Source: a phage. From it: 64,000 bases of DNA. The translations under genes and the position numbers were made by a program. The stretch is from sequence record PZ445134.1. One strand, given 5' to 3'. Positions within the stretch are counted from its first letter, which is position 1, and each line of letters begins with the position of its first letter. Under the pieces are notes generated by a model, which worked only from the letters and a program-made list of their open reading frames with translations, did no database searches and was not told the DNA's origin. Below are positions 1 through 8,806 of this stretch, one piece after another.

Positions 1-654
1 ATGAGTATAATCACCAACTTCTACACCACATTCGTTAGCTATATAATGAAGTAATTTTCCTTGGAGATAAAAATCCAACTGCATAACAACAGCACAGTTC
101 TGAGAACGCATATGACAGTGGGTATAAAGCTTACCATCACGAATATAATAAGTCACTGAGTCAGTACATGGATATTCAAGTGTTTCGTCTGAATCAAGCA
201 AAGCCTGATCAGAACTTTCTAGAATTTGGAACACAACTCTTCGAGAGTTAGGTTTTTCTTTAAGTTCTTTTAGAAGAGTTGGTAACTGGGCCGCAATTCG
301 TGGACCGTAGAAAGTGTTGAAGTTTGCAGGCAAAGCATCTGATTTAGGTTTAGAAATAAATTTAGCGACGTTAGGATATGCCTTAAATGCTTCTTCTGCA
401 TCAGTACCACCAGAAATCATAAATTTCCAGAAATCTTCAGCATATTCATAAGAGATGCGATTAATACGTGGGTCGGTCATTTTGAATGATGAAGGGGTAT
501 CAACAACTACTGTCATAGACCCAATTTCATTACAACGTCCAATACGAGAATCAGTAACGAATTCCGGGTTTTCTAAAATTTCACGATTGACAGCTTTAAA
601 TGCGGATTGAAAATCTGCGGCTTTAATATATTTCATTGTGTTATGTTTTCCCAT
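1..654 (-). CDS. 42: dCMP hydroxymethylase-like (thymidylate-synthase family), 3' end beyond window edge
   Basis: ATG at 654..652 with GAGGT Shine-Dalgarno 4 nt upstream; hand translation MGKHNTMKYIKAADFQ... contains TS-family motifs PNSRR and YPCTDS (catalytic Cys context); sits where gene 42 lies relative to gene 43 in T4. ORF runs off position 1. Confidence 0.6.
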   Translation of the reverse strand, partial: MGKHNTMKYIKAADFQSAFKAVNREILENPEFVTDSRIGRCNEIGSMTVVVDTPSSFKMTDPRINRISYEYAEDFWKFMISGGTDAEEAFKAYPNVAKFISKPKSDALPANFNTFYGPRIAAQLPTLLKELKEKPNSRRVVFQILESSDQALLDSDETLEYPCTDSVTYYIRDGKLYTHCHMRSQNCAVVMQLDFYLQGKLLHYIANECGVEVGDYTH

Positions 655-787
655 GTTTACCTCAATACAGTTATTATATACTCAATTCATAAAGCTTATT
701 TGAATTTCTTAGCGATGTTGATATAACGTAGAGCTTCGGCATCGATACTTCCAAGGACGCTATGAAGGAACGCGTCGACATAGTATT

Positions 788-937
788 CTAGTTGAACAGG
801 TTCTCTTTAATCACTTTAGCCGCTTTAGTTTCAAACAGGCCCATAAGGGCCTTTTTAAGAATTTGTTCGTTGTTGTTAATTTTAATAGTCAAAATCTCTT
901 CGTTAAGTTGGTGGTTAAAAGTTTTTCTAGAAATCAT
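788..937 (-). CDS. small hypothetical protein (~49 aa), coordinates approximate
   Basis: ATG overlaps stop of upstream 386-aa gene (ATGA coupling); below ORF-track size cut-off; contains GGCCC-ATAA-GGGCC hairpin internally. Confidence 0.3.
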   Translation of the reverse strand: MISRKTFNHQLNEEILTIKINNNEQILKKALMGLFETKAAKVIKENLFN

Positions 938-2094
938 TCTGGGTACCTCAAAGCGTCATCAGAGTTAGTTATATCAATAATAGATATAGAGTTTTCCGAT
1001 AACCCATTTTTAGATAACTGACGTTTATAATATCTTTCACAATATGTACACGTCGTCCCACAGATTTCATTAGCACAATCGAAATCTGGATGTTTGAACC
1101 ACCTTTTTTCTAAAAAGCCATCTAACAAAGAGGTTTCAATATTTACCGTATGTGAAAACTCAGTCTCATTTTCAAGAGTGAAAATGGTCTCTAAAGGCTT
1201 CCACAATTCCAACAAATTACCTTCAAATTTTTCAGAAGCATAAGCTTCAAGAACTTTCAAAATGTAGTCTGTGCTACCTGTACGTCCTGAAACTTTGAAT
1301 TGAGTGATACCAATATCATTATAAAGTTTCAAATCTTGAGGACGAACAAAACGAGTTCTCAACCAGTTAAATGGATCTGTATCACGAGCTTTAATACAGT
1401 GCTGCATTGGATATCCATTTAAGGATTTGGCATCATCTACTGTAACATCAGTGCTATGGAAAATATAGCAAGAGTCACGATAACTACAATGTGTTGTATA
1501 CCCTTTACCAGCATTAGAACAGAACTCATTTACAAGAACTTCAAATATTATATTGTTCTTATTACAAAACTCTGCTGCACGCTTCAGGAAAGAAACTGAA
1601 CGGTTCTTATGAATTCCACAGCAGACCTTTTTGATATTATATTGGTCATGCAAGTATTTGATTTGAGTTACAGCATCGACATGTAGAATTGTTGAAACTT
1701 CAATCTCAATGTCTTTATTGACTTCACGAACAATTTCCATAACAACAGGGTTAGCGATAGTAATACGCCAAACGCCTATTGACCAAAGATACTGAACATA
1801 ATCCTGAATAGCTTTCTTCTTCCACTCAACTAGTTCTCTTTTTGAACCAGGATTTATCGTGTTGAGTGTACAGTTAAAGCAAATACCTAATTCGTTACAA
1901 CGTTTAACGTAATCTTCTAACATCTTTTTGTCAACGTCAGGAAGCCTAAAATCAGGTCTGGCTGCTACAAAAGCCATTTCTCTTGTAGAGCCGTATACTT
2001 CGTTTATCAAGCTATTAGGATAAGTTTTATTGAGCTCTACGATTTTATCAAGAAGAGCTAAATCAAAATTCGTTCCGATTTTAAAGGTATTCAT
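934..2094 (-). CDS. Cys-rich 386-aa protein of unknown function; candidate hmC-sugar transferase or Fe-S enzyme
   Basis: ORF track; ATG at 2094; C-terminal cluster CANEICGTTCTYC (C-x4-C-x3-C-x-Y-C) plus internal Cys-rich stretch EFCSNAGKGYTTHCSYRDSC; weak resemblance to U32-family TIM-barrel proteins; last gene of the sugar cassette. Confidence 0.7.
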   Translation of the reverse strand: MNTFKIGTNFDLALLDKIVELNKTYPNSLINEVYGSTREMAFVAARPDFRLPDVDKKMLEDYVKRCNELGICFNCTLNTINPGSKRELVEWKKKAIQDYVQYLWSIGVWRITIANPVVMEIVREVNKDIEIEVSTILHVDAVTQIKYLHDQYNIKKVCCGIHKNRSVSFLKRAAEFCNKNNIIFEVLVNEFCSNAGKGYTTHCSYRDSCYIFHSTDVTVDDAKSLNGYPMQHCIKARDTDPFNWLRTRFVRPQDLKLYNDIGITQFKVSGRTGSTDYILKVLEAYASEKFEGNLLELWKPLETIFTLENETEFSHTVNIETSLLDGFLEKRWFKHPDFDCANEICGTTCTYCERYYKRQLSKNGLSENSISIIDITNSDDALRYPE

Positions 2095-2148
2095 TTTTGC
2101 ATCTCGCGTTAATTGTTGCGATGGTTTTTGCAGGTCTTACTTAAATTA

Positions 2149-2535
2149 TTATAGATTCGGTTTATATGATTTAAATGTTTCGAATTCGCCTTTATTCATA
2201 AGAGCTTTGAATTCGTCAGGACGCATAGCTTTGTCGTCGATAATCCAATCATATACTGGTTTATGTGTTAGCAAATTATGGTACTTCAATCCAATGTTTG
2301 CCAAGTTCTGAATCAGACTTGGGAGAATGTCAATTGCTATACGACCAGGACCGACTGACTTCATACCACGAGCAGTGTAAAGCGTTATGGTATGCCCTGC
2401 ATCATACAGGGCATTAATGGCAGACACCATTTCGACGTCTGGTTTGAAGTTCACGTAATCACGATTGTTATTCCACTCTGTTATACAATCATCGACATCA
2501 AAACAAAGATTAAGCATGTTTTCTACACGGTGCAT
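2149..2535 (-). CDS. HAD-superfamily phosphatase (putative sugar-phosphate phosphatase)
   Basis: HAD motif I FDVDDCIT near N-terminus, motif II TLYTAR, distal DD; start taken at ATG 2535 overlapping upstream stop (TAATG); ORF-track start 2550 is the alternative. Confidence 0.6.
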   Translation of the reverse strand: MHRVENMLNLCFDVDDCITEWNNNRDYVNFKPDVEMVSAINALYDAGHTITLYTARGMKSVGPGRIAIDILPSLIQNLANIGLKYHNLLTHKPVYDWIIDDKAMRPDEFKALMNKGEFETFKSYKPNL

Positions 2536-4220
2536 TAGATTCGTTCCCATTGATGAGTGATATCGCCACCGATTGGACGATAGGAAACACCAGTTTCTTT
2601 ATCAGTTAGTACCCATTTACCAGGATTTTTTGTAATCAGAGTAGCCGTTACAGGTTCTGCTACGTCATAACTAATAGAGCCGTCCTGAAGTACACGGCCC
2701 ATGTTACGTAATTGCTTAGTCAGAAGTTCCATACCTTTATAATATGCGGCTACCGCTTTAAGTGGATTATTCTTGAAATAACCACCTAATGCAATCCAGA
2801 TAATTGCCACTGCCAAATGATGATACTCGTTAAACGAACTCATCTTTCCATATTTGTAAACTAATGGATTGATGTTAATAGTCACATTACAAGTTGTTTC
2901 ATCAATAGTAAACTGTCCCCAGGTCGGATTAGCGTTGAATTCATCATACCCTGAAACAGCATAAAGCACTTTAGCTTCGTCATACAATTTTGGTCCGTAA
3001 ATCTTGGTTTCGCCAAAATATCCACGAGGGTCGATAAACTTGACTTCGCCGTTATCAGTAATCATAGTATTACTGAAGTTCGGGTCACCATGAATAACAG
3101 AGTACTGTCCCTGAGAACGGTTATGATAACGAATAAGGTGTTCTAAAGCTTGTTTCAACATTGGCTTCAGACGTCCGATCTTAGTGTAGTTCACATGTGT
3201 GATTTTACCAAATGAATCAATCAATGGTTGAATACTTTCACAACGATCAATAACTTTCGTATAGAATTCTTTAGTGAAATCACGACGAACAGTTTCAGGA
3301 CTTACAAAATAAGTGTCTGTGCTGAATTTCAGTGCGTCTAAAATTGCATCAACAATTTGTGGACGAGCAAGACTCGATTTGGATTTAATATATTCAAATG
3401 CCGGCTTACCTTTAATGCGTTCCATTTCAAAGTTATTTTCATTAACAGAAACTAACTGAGGAACTGAATCTGATTTCACTTTAAGATACCATGAAATCTC
3501 ATCTTTCTGAAGAGCTCGGCCCTGTTCGGTTAATGCGAATTTAGTTACAGTTTCTTCACCAATTTCAACGGCATTAAAACTACGATTAAGTTCACGAACT
3601 TCATGAGCTTTTTCAAGTTTAGGCATATCACCTAAATCAATTAGATTCATAAGCTCTGATTTATTGAATGCGCTGCCGTAAAGGAATTCTACGAAATCAC
3701 GTCCTTTGCAGTATTCATGAATTTCCTCATCAGTAGAACCCATATAGAATTCCCAGTCTTTGAACTGATAAATTCCTACAACATTACCACCTGTTGAACC
3801 TACGTTAGTGATATTTTCACCGTCGAAATTATATCGACATTCGTCGCCCTTAACATAGATTGCGTTAACATTCCAAGACCACGAACCAAAATCAGGAATA
3901 ATATCGCACCAGTTAACAATTACATTATGGCCGTCTAAATCTTTGTGTAATTTAGCAAGAGCATAAGCAGAACCGTACGCTTCATCAACTGTACGAATAG
4001 TCACATTGAACCCTTCTTGCTCACAATAAGCTCGAACAGTTTCAGCAAATTTTGAATGAACTACTACAATAATTTCATCTGCGCCAAGGTCAGAATAAAT
4101 TGTATACAAATTGCTCAGAATAGTGTCTTGTTTATAGTTAACAAGCACCTTAGGAATATGATGCGTTATTGGATACAAACGAGTTGCCAGTCCAGCACCA
4201 AGAATAACAGCTTTTTTCAT
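2535..4220 (-). CDS. bifunctional sugar-1-phosphate nucleotidyltransferase / protein-kinase-like sugar kinase
   Basis: N-terminus KAVILGAGLATRLYPIT matches RmlA/GlmU-type G-x-G-T-R-L-x-P-x-T motif; C-terminal HGDPNFSNTMI...FIDPRG matches APH/choline-kinase catalytic loop (HGDxxxxN) as in anomeric sugar kinases; ATG with GAGGA SD. Confidence 0.8.
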   Translation of the reverse strand: MKKAVILGAGLATRLYPITHHIPKVLVNYKQDTILSNLYTIYSDLGADEIIVVVHSKFAETVRAYCEQEGFNVTIRTVDEAYGSAYALAKLHKDLDGHNVIVNWCDIIPDFGSWSWNVNAIYVKGDECRYNFDGENITNVGSTGGNVVGIYQFKDWEFYMGSTDEEIHEYCKGRDFVEFLYGSAFNKSELMNLIDLGDMPKLEKAHEVRELNRSFNAVEIGEETVTKFALTEQGRALQKDEISWYLKVKSDSVPQLVSVNENNFEMERIKGKPAFEYIKSKSSLARPQIVDAILDALKFSTDTYFVSPETVRRDFTKEFYTKVIDRCESIQPLIDSFGKITHVNYTKIGRLKPMLKQALEHLIRYHNRSQGQYSVIHGDPNFSNTMITDNGEVKFIDPRGYFGETKIYGPKLYDEAKVLYAVSGYDEFNANPTWGQFTIDETTCNVTININPLVYKYGKMSSFNEYHHLAVAIIWIALGGYFKNNPLKAVAAYYKGMELLTKQLRNMGRVLQDGSISYDVAEPVTATLITKNPGKWVLTDKETGVSYRPIGGDITHQWERI

Positions 4221-4261
4221 GTTGTGGTCCTCATTGGTAAGTAGGAGTATTGTACACTATT

Positions 4262-4405
4262 CTAGTTAAAGCATTCATACTTTGCTTGTAGTCCAATCAT
4301 AATCCATCCGATTATAAGAGTCGGAATCATTACTGGAGCCGTTAAGCTCCAGTAGATAGTCATGACAAGCATCAATAGTAAAAGTCCTATTGTTATTGCT
4401 TTCAT
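4262..4405 (-). CDS. small hydrophobic membrane peptide (~47 aa), coordinates approximate
   Basis: Hand translation MKAITIGLLLLMLVMTIYWSLTAPVMIPTLIIGWIMIGLQAKYECFN; ATG overlaps stop of SIS gene (ATGA); occupies the position of imm in T4. Confidence 0.4.
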   Translation of the reverse strand: MKAITIGLLLLMLVMTIYWSLTAPVMIPTLIIGWIMIGLQAKYECFN

Positions 4406-5037
4406 TGTTCGCCTCGTAACATGGCACCTAGTGCACCGCCAGGGTGGAACTTAAGGAAGTCATTAGAGGTAAATCCACGTTCAGACGAAAGGTTGATAGC
4501 AAACGTATCGATAAGCGCTAACAACAATGTAGTGGACATAGTCGGAGCTAGAGAATTCTCATCAACCTCTACTGCGATGCCTGTACAGAACGTATAATCA
4601 AAAAGAGCTTCGTATTCTTGTGGAATGTCTGGGTTACAATGCAACAGAATCTGTTTGACGTTCGGACGAATCATTTTAAGATGCTTAGCCACGCCTATCA
4701 TTTCTTCAGTTTTACCGGAACGACTAATATGAATCAACACATCATTAGGCGCAATGAATCCTGCATCACCGTGAGAATAATGCCCAGTGTTCAAGTACAT
4801 ACTCGGGATACCGAGTGAAGCAAATGTCTCAGAAGCTTTAGTTGCAATATTAGCATTCTTACCAACACCTGTAATAATTACTCTGCTTTCATAATTACTA
4901 AGTCCCGGGCGTCGAAGAGTTTCTAGAATAGCATTATAACGAGCAGGGTTTTGACTAATTACTTTGGCCATAGCGGCCAAAGAAGAAGCTTGTTTTATGA
5001 TTGCGTCAATAGCGATAGTAATAGGAGTAGTTTTCAT
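4402..5037 (-). CDS. arabinose-5-phosphate isomerase, SIS domain only (KdsD/GutQ/KpsF family)
   Basis: VIITGVGKNANIATKASETFASLGIP and C-terminal SLAPTMSTT...FLKFHPGGALG align with my recall of E. coli KdsD SIS domain (VVVSGIGKSGHIG..., ...SHPAGALG); no CBS domains. Confidence 0.8.
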   Translation of the reverse strand: MKTTPITIAIDAIIKQASSLAAMAKVISQNPARYNAILETLRRPGLSNYESRVIITGVGKNANIATKASETFASLGIPSMYLNTGHYSHGDAGFIAPNDVLIHISRSGKTEEMIGVAKHLKMIRPNVKQILLHCNPDIPQEYEALFDYTFCTGIAVEVDENSLAPTMSTTLLLALIDTFAINLSSERGFTSNDFLKFHPGGALGAMLRGEQ

Positions 5038-5077
5038 ATTTCTCTCATTTAATTAGTTTGCCGTCCATGACATTATA

Positions 5078-7789
5078 TCAAAAATCGAACATATCGAAAA
5101 GAGATGCTTTCTTCTCGTAATCGAGTTTCGCTGCTGATGTGAATCCTTCAAGTGGTTTAATAAATGTCTTCTCAAGGAGAACAGTGTAGTCCATCCAATG
5201 AAGTACGTCGTCTTTAATTAAATCTGTGATTTCAGTACCGGAAGGCCATGCGATACATTTATCACCGAATGGGTTTCCTTCACGTAAAGGCAGAACATAT
5301 ACTTTTTCACCTTCTACAACTTGCGGTGCATCGATATTACCTTTGATAGCACGGTTATACGTCAGAATTCCACGAATATGGAATGGGCATTTGGGACCAG
5401 GGAATCCACCTACATCATATTTAGCAATGTTATTCGCAGAAGATACTGACGCGATGCTAATATAATTCAATTGACGGAATTCTTTTTCAAACTCTTTAAA
5501 ATATTCTTGTAATGATTCTTCACCTTCTTGAAGCATACGACGAATACATTCTTTAAGAGCTTTCTGTACTGCTTTAGGAGTCGAAGATTTCTGAGTCTCT
5601 AGACCCATGATTTTGAGTTTAGGCTCAGCGTAACGAGTACCTTCCATATCCCACACGTTTAATGCATAACGTTTCTTACCAGTCCAGAATCCACCAATAC
5701 CTTTAGAACCGAGTGGAGGCCCAGCGATAGCTTCTCGGTCCATGAACATTAAGTGTTGTTTATTGTTCATGTATTCACACATTTCACGGAAACCTCTATC
5801 AATAGCTGGTTCCATACGTTCACGTGCAAACTTATCTAAGAAGTCTACCCAATGGTTGGTATCACGGAATTTAGATTCACCAACCTTATCGATAATTTTA
5901 TCAGCAGATACGTAAATAGAGTCTGTATCACCATAAAGAACGAAAGCTTCACCTTCTGTGCCACAAACTTCATTCAGATATTCATTAACTTTACGTTCAA
6001 TCCACTGTAAAGCCATTTGCCCGAATGTTGTGATTGCAGTAGCATTACGCAAATCGTAATAACGGAACCAAACGTTGCCAAGTGCACCATAAAGTGAGTT
6101 GATAAGCAATTTACGGTTAATTTGGGCAGTCATACCTGCAACTTCAGTACGTTGAGCTCTAAACAACATTTCATTAAGAGATTTAGCAGACAACTTTTTA
6201 ATCTTTTCTTTAATCTCATCGCTGAAGTCGAAACGATAATCAACATCTAATGGTCCGTCAACAGAAAGATTAGGATTATGCAATGCCTCTTTAATTATTT
6301 CACCATTACGTTGAGCCGCAAGCATGTAACCTTTATGTTCTTTACGTTGATTAAAGACTTTAGTGATTTCAGTTGGAACAACACCGTCACGGTCTTTATA
6401 ATACATCATGCCGTTAGGAGAACAACTGTACACATCTGAAGGACGTTCAGCAACAGCGTTAATATAATCATGCAATGGAGCTACTTTAAACGTTCCTGCT
6501 ATTGTTTCTGGGCTAATATTCACTTGGCGAATAATACTTGGATACAGAGATGTAAGGTCGAAACTCATTACGTATTTGTATCGATTTGGAATAGGTTCCT
6601 TAACAAAAGCGCCGGGATAAGGTTGAACCGGGTGAGAACGACCTTGTGGAATCACCTTGTTCTGCTCTTTAAGGCTATTAAAAATAATAGCATCCCATGT
6701 TTTAATTGGGCTAAACACAGATTGAATCTGTATCTTAGCATAATAACCCATGTCCAAGCTCAAGTTAATGAACTGACGTTTAGCATCAATTTGCAATACA
6801 CGATACACGTCGATAATGTTATAAGAAATATATCGTTGGTGATTGCTTTCACGAAGCTTAGAAATAGGGCCGTCATATTTCAGTTTACCAACGTTCAATT
6901 CAAATTCTGAAATGTAATCCAGAGAATATGACGGTTGATTGGTAAAAGAGAATTTTTTGTAAAGGTCAATGTAATCAAGAACAGAGATACCGAACAATGT
7001 AATGATTTCACGAGAACCATACATGTTTTCGATAACTTTAACACGAGTTTTACGATGTGGTGATAAACGTTTCGCAGTAGATTCGCCAAAAATATTCTTG
7101 ATTCGGTTATACACATATGGAATATCAAATGACTCAACGTTCCATCCAGTCAAAATGACAGGAGTTTTCTGTTGCCAGAAGTTGAGATATTCCATCAACA
7201 ATTCTTTTTCGTTATCGAACGGCATATAAATGATTTTATCGATAATTTCGGATGGGACTTCATCACCGCCTTGTTCTTGAAGCTTAGCCGCAATTTCGAT
7301 AGACCATTCTTCCACATTCCCGTATGGAGAATTCAAAAGGTCAAATACGTAGAACCTGTCGTCAATTGAGTCATAATGAGTGATAGCATCAATCGGATGT
7401 TTTGCTTGTGACGGCTCAGGGAACCCGTCTGGAGATGTTACTTCGATGTCGAAGTTAGCCACACGAATTTTTGTATGGTCGTATTTGATTTCATAGTTAT
7501 AAGTGTCAGACAAATACGCCAATTTGAAATCGTCCATGCCAAGTGCTTCAAGTCCGATATCTTCCATGCGTTTAATCCATTGGGAGGCATCACGCATATT
7601 GGCGAACAACTTACGAGTACACGGCTTACCGTAGATATCGAAATATTTCGTAGCCTGACTTTCCGGACAATGAGCAAACAGTGATGGTTTATATTCTACT
7701 TCACGAGTACGTTCACGGCCGTTAGAATCGATGTAACGTTCAAAAATTGAATCACCAATCTGTTCAACCGTTAAGTAAAATTCTTTCAT
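5078..7789 (-). CDS. 43: DNA polymerase (family B), gp43
   Basis: 903 aa; MKEFYLTVEQIGDSIFERYIDSNGRERTREVEY..., exo motif FDIEV, pol motifs SLYPS, YGDTDS, KxxxNSLYG; matches my recall of RB69 gp43. Confidence 0.97.
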   Translation of the reverse strand: MKEFYLTVEQIGDSIFERYIDSNGRERTREVEYKPSLFAHCPESQATKYFDIYGKPCTRKLFANMRDASQWIKRMEDIGLEALGMDDFKLAYLSDTYNYEIKYDHTKIRVANFDIEVTSPDGFPEPSQAKHPIDAITHYDSIDDRFYVFDLLNSPYGNVEEWSIEIAAKLQEQGGDEVPSEIIDKIIYMPFDNEKELLMEYLNFWQQKTPVILTGWNVESFDIPYVYNRIKNIFGESTAKRLSPHRKTRVKVIENMYGSREIITLFGISVLDYIDLYKKFSFTNQPSYSLDYISEFELNVGKLKYDGPISKLRESNHQRYISYNIIDVYRVLQIDAKRQFINLSLDMGYYAKIQIQSVFSPIKTWDAIIFNSLKEQNKVIPQGRSHPVQPYPGAFVKEPIPNRYKYVMSFDLTSLYPSIIRQVNISPETIAGTFKVAPLHDYINAVAERPSDVYSCSPNGMMYYKDRDGVVPTEITKVFNQRKEHKGYMLAAQRNGEIIKEALHNPNLSVDGPLDVDYRFDFSDEIKEKIKKLSAKSLNEMLFRAQRTEVAGMTAQINRKLLINSLYGALGNVWFRYYDLRNATAITTFGQMALQWIERKVNEYLNEVCGTEGEAFVLYGDTDSIYVSADKIIDKVGESKFRDTNHWVDFLDKFARERMEPAIDRGFREMCEYMNNKQHLMFMDREAIAGPPLGSKGIGGFWTGKKRYALNVWDMEGTRYAEPKLKIMGLETQKSSTPKAVQKALKECIRRMLQEGEESLQEYFKEFEKEFRQLNYISIASVSSANNIAKYDVGGFPGPKCPFHIRGILTYNRAIKGNIDAPQVVEGEKVYVLPLREGNPFGDKCIAWPSGTEITDLIKDDVLHWMDYTVLLEKTFIKPLEGFTSAAKLDYEKKASLFDMFDF

Positions 7790-7848
7790 TTAATTTCCTT
7801 TAGACGAGTTATTGTCTTTTGTTTGTTGATGAACTTATTATACTCCAA

Positions 7849-7866
7849 ATGGGACCGAAGTCCCAT
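7849..7866 (-). promoter_or_regulatory. stem-loop with UUCG tetraloop in regA-43 intergenic region
   Basis: Minus-strand RNA AUGGGAC-UUCG-GUCCCAU (7-bp stem) just downstream of regA stop, ~60 nt upstream of gene 43 ATG, followed by TATAAT-like hexamer. Confidence 0.4.
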
Positions 7867-7870
7867 TGCT

Positions 7871-8239
7871 TTAATTACCAATTGTATATTTTGCTTTCAA
7901 AGTCCAGTCATCTTTCTGTTTAAAAGAGATAACACGGAAGTTATTAGTCAGGCCAAACAGATCTTCACGAGCAGAGTCTTCAATAACAATCAATCCCCAG
8001 TCTTCAAGCAACTGAGCAATCGAATCACGTCGTTGATAGTCTTCACCATCAATATCAACCTGACGTCCGTCCATACGCAGCATTTCTTTAAAGTGGACGA
8101 TGTAATATTTACCTTGCTTTTGGAGGATATGACAAGACTGGTAAAGGACTTTATCCTTGTTATTAGCGATGCCCATACGGGTCAAAGTCTCTTTGACTTT
8201 CAGAAAATCTTCAGGGTTCTTCAATTTAATTTCAATCAT
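7871..8239 (-). CDS. regA: translational repressor RegA
   Basis: MIEIKLKNPEDFLKVKETLTRMGIANNKDKVLYQSCHILQK... near-identical to my recall of T4 RegA; start at internal ATG overlapping gene 62 stop. Confidence 0.9.
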   Translation of the reverse strand: MIEIKLKNPEDFLKVKETLTRMGIANNKDKVLYQSCHILQKQGKYYIVHFKEMLRMDGRQVDIDGEDYQRRDSIAQLLEDWGLIVIEDSAREDLFGLTNNFRVISFKQKDDWTLKAKYTIGN

Positions 8240-8241
8240 TT

Positions 8242-8805
8242 TTACCATTCCAATGCTAATTTTTTAAATTGTTTTTGTTCTTTCACATTTTTTGTAACTT
8301 CTTTGAGAAACTCATCAGTGACCATGGCCTTCAGTTCTTTAAGGACTATTGGCAACTTGTTATTTTTTTCAAGGAGCCGCTTATACTCAGTAGCATCATT
8401 CATGTTGATTGTGTAATGTTTCATCAACAGTTTGATAACTAGTAACTCTGAAGTGTCTTCGACTAGTTTAGCCCATTTAGAGAATCGACGACCACGTGGA
8501 ATTGCCGCCATCATATAGTTGAAGTGCGCTTCATCACTTAATTCAGAACCGACTAAGTTCATCATGTAAACAGCTGGCATACATTCTGGGAACTGGGATA
8601 ATGAGTTCTCAACCATAAATTTTGAATAGTCGACCTGAGCAATTGACATAGATTTCTTTTCATTAATAGCATTAATGATTTTAAAGAATTCATTCTCAGG
8701 TTTTTCTTTAAACATATCAGCACATTTTTGAATCGCATCAGCGTCATTAGACTTCCATGCAATTTGGTGCTCGTTAAGCTGGACGTCATCATCGAATAAG
8801 TTCAT
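8242..8805 (-). CDS. 62: clamp loader small subunit gp62
   Basis: 187 aa, same length and position as T4 gp62 between regA and 44. Confidence 0.85.
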   Translation of the reverse strand: MNLFDDDVQLNEHQIAWKSNDADAIQKCADMFKEKPENEFFKIINAINEKKSMSIAQVDYSKFMVENSLSQFPECMPAVYMMNLVGSELSDEAHFNYMMAAIPRGRRFSKWAKLVEDTSELLVIKLLMKHYTINMNDATEYKRLLEKNNKLPIVLKELKAMVTDEFLKEVTKNVKEQKQFKKLALEW

Positions 8806-8806
8806 A

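Noticed and set aside
838-856. GGCCC-ATAA-GGGCC hairpin followed by T5 on the plus strand, resembling a plus-strand terminator
   Set aside because: No plus-strand genes in this region and it lies inside a small minus-strand ORF; may be coincidental or a weak bidirectional element.
6470-7684. Several plus-strand ORFs (6470..6910, 7002..7229, 7172..7369, 7475..7684) inside the gene 43 interval
   Set aside because: Antisense to the conserved DNA polymerase gene, low-complexity and hydrophobic translations, no SD; taken as frame artefacts.
7823-8416. 197-aa plus-strand ORF
   Set aside because: Antisense to regA and the start of gene 62; translation is Phe/Leu/Ile-rich junk.
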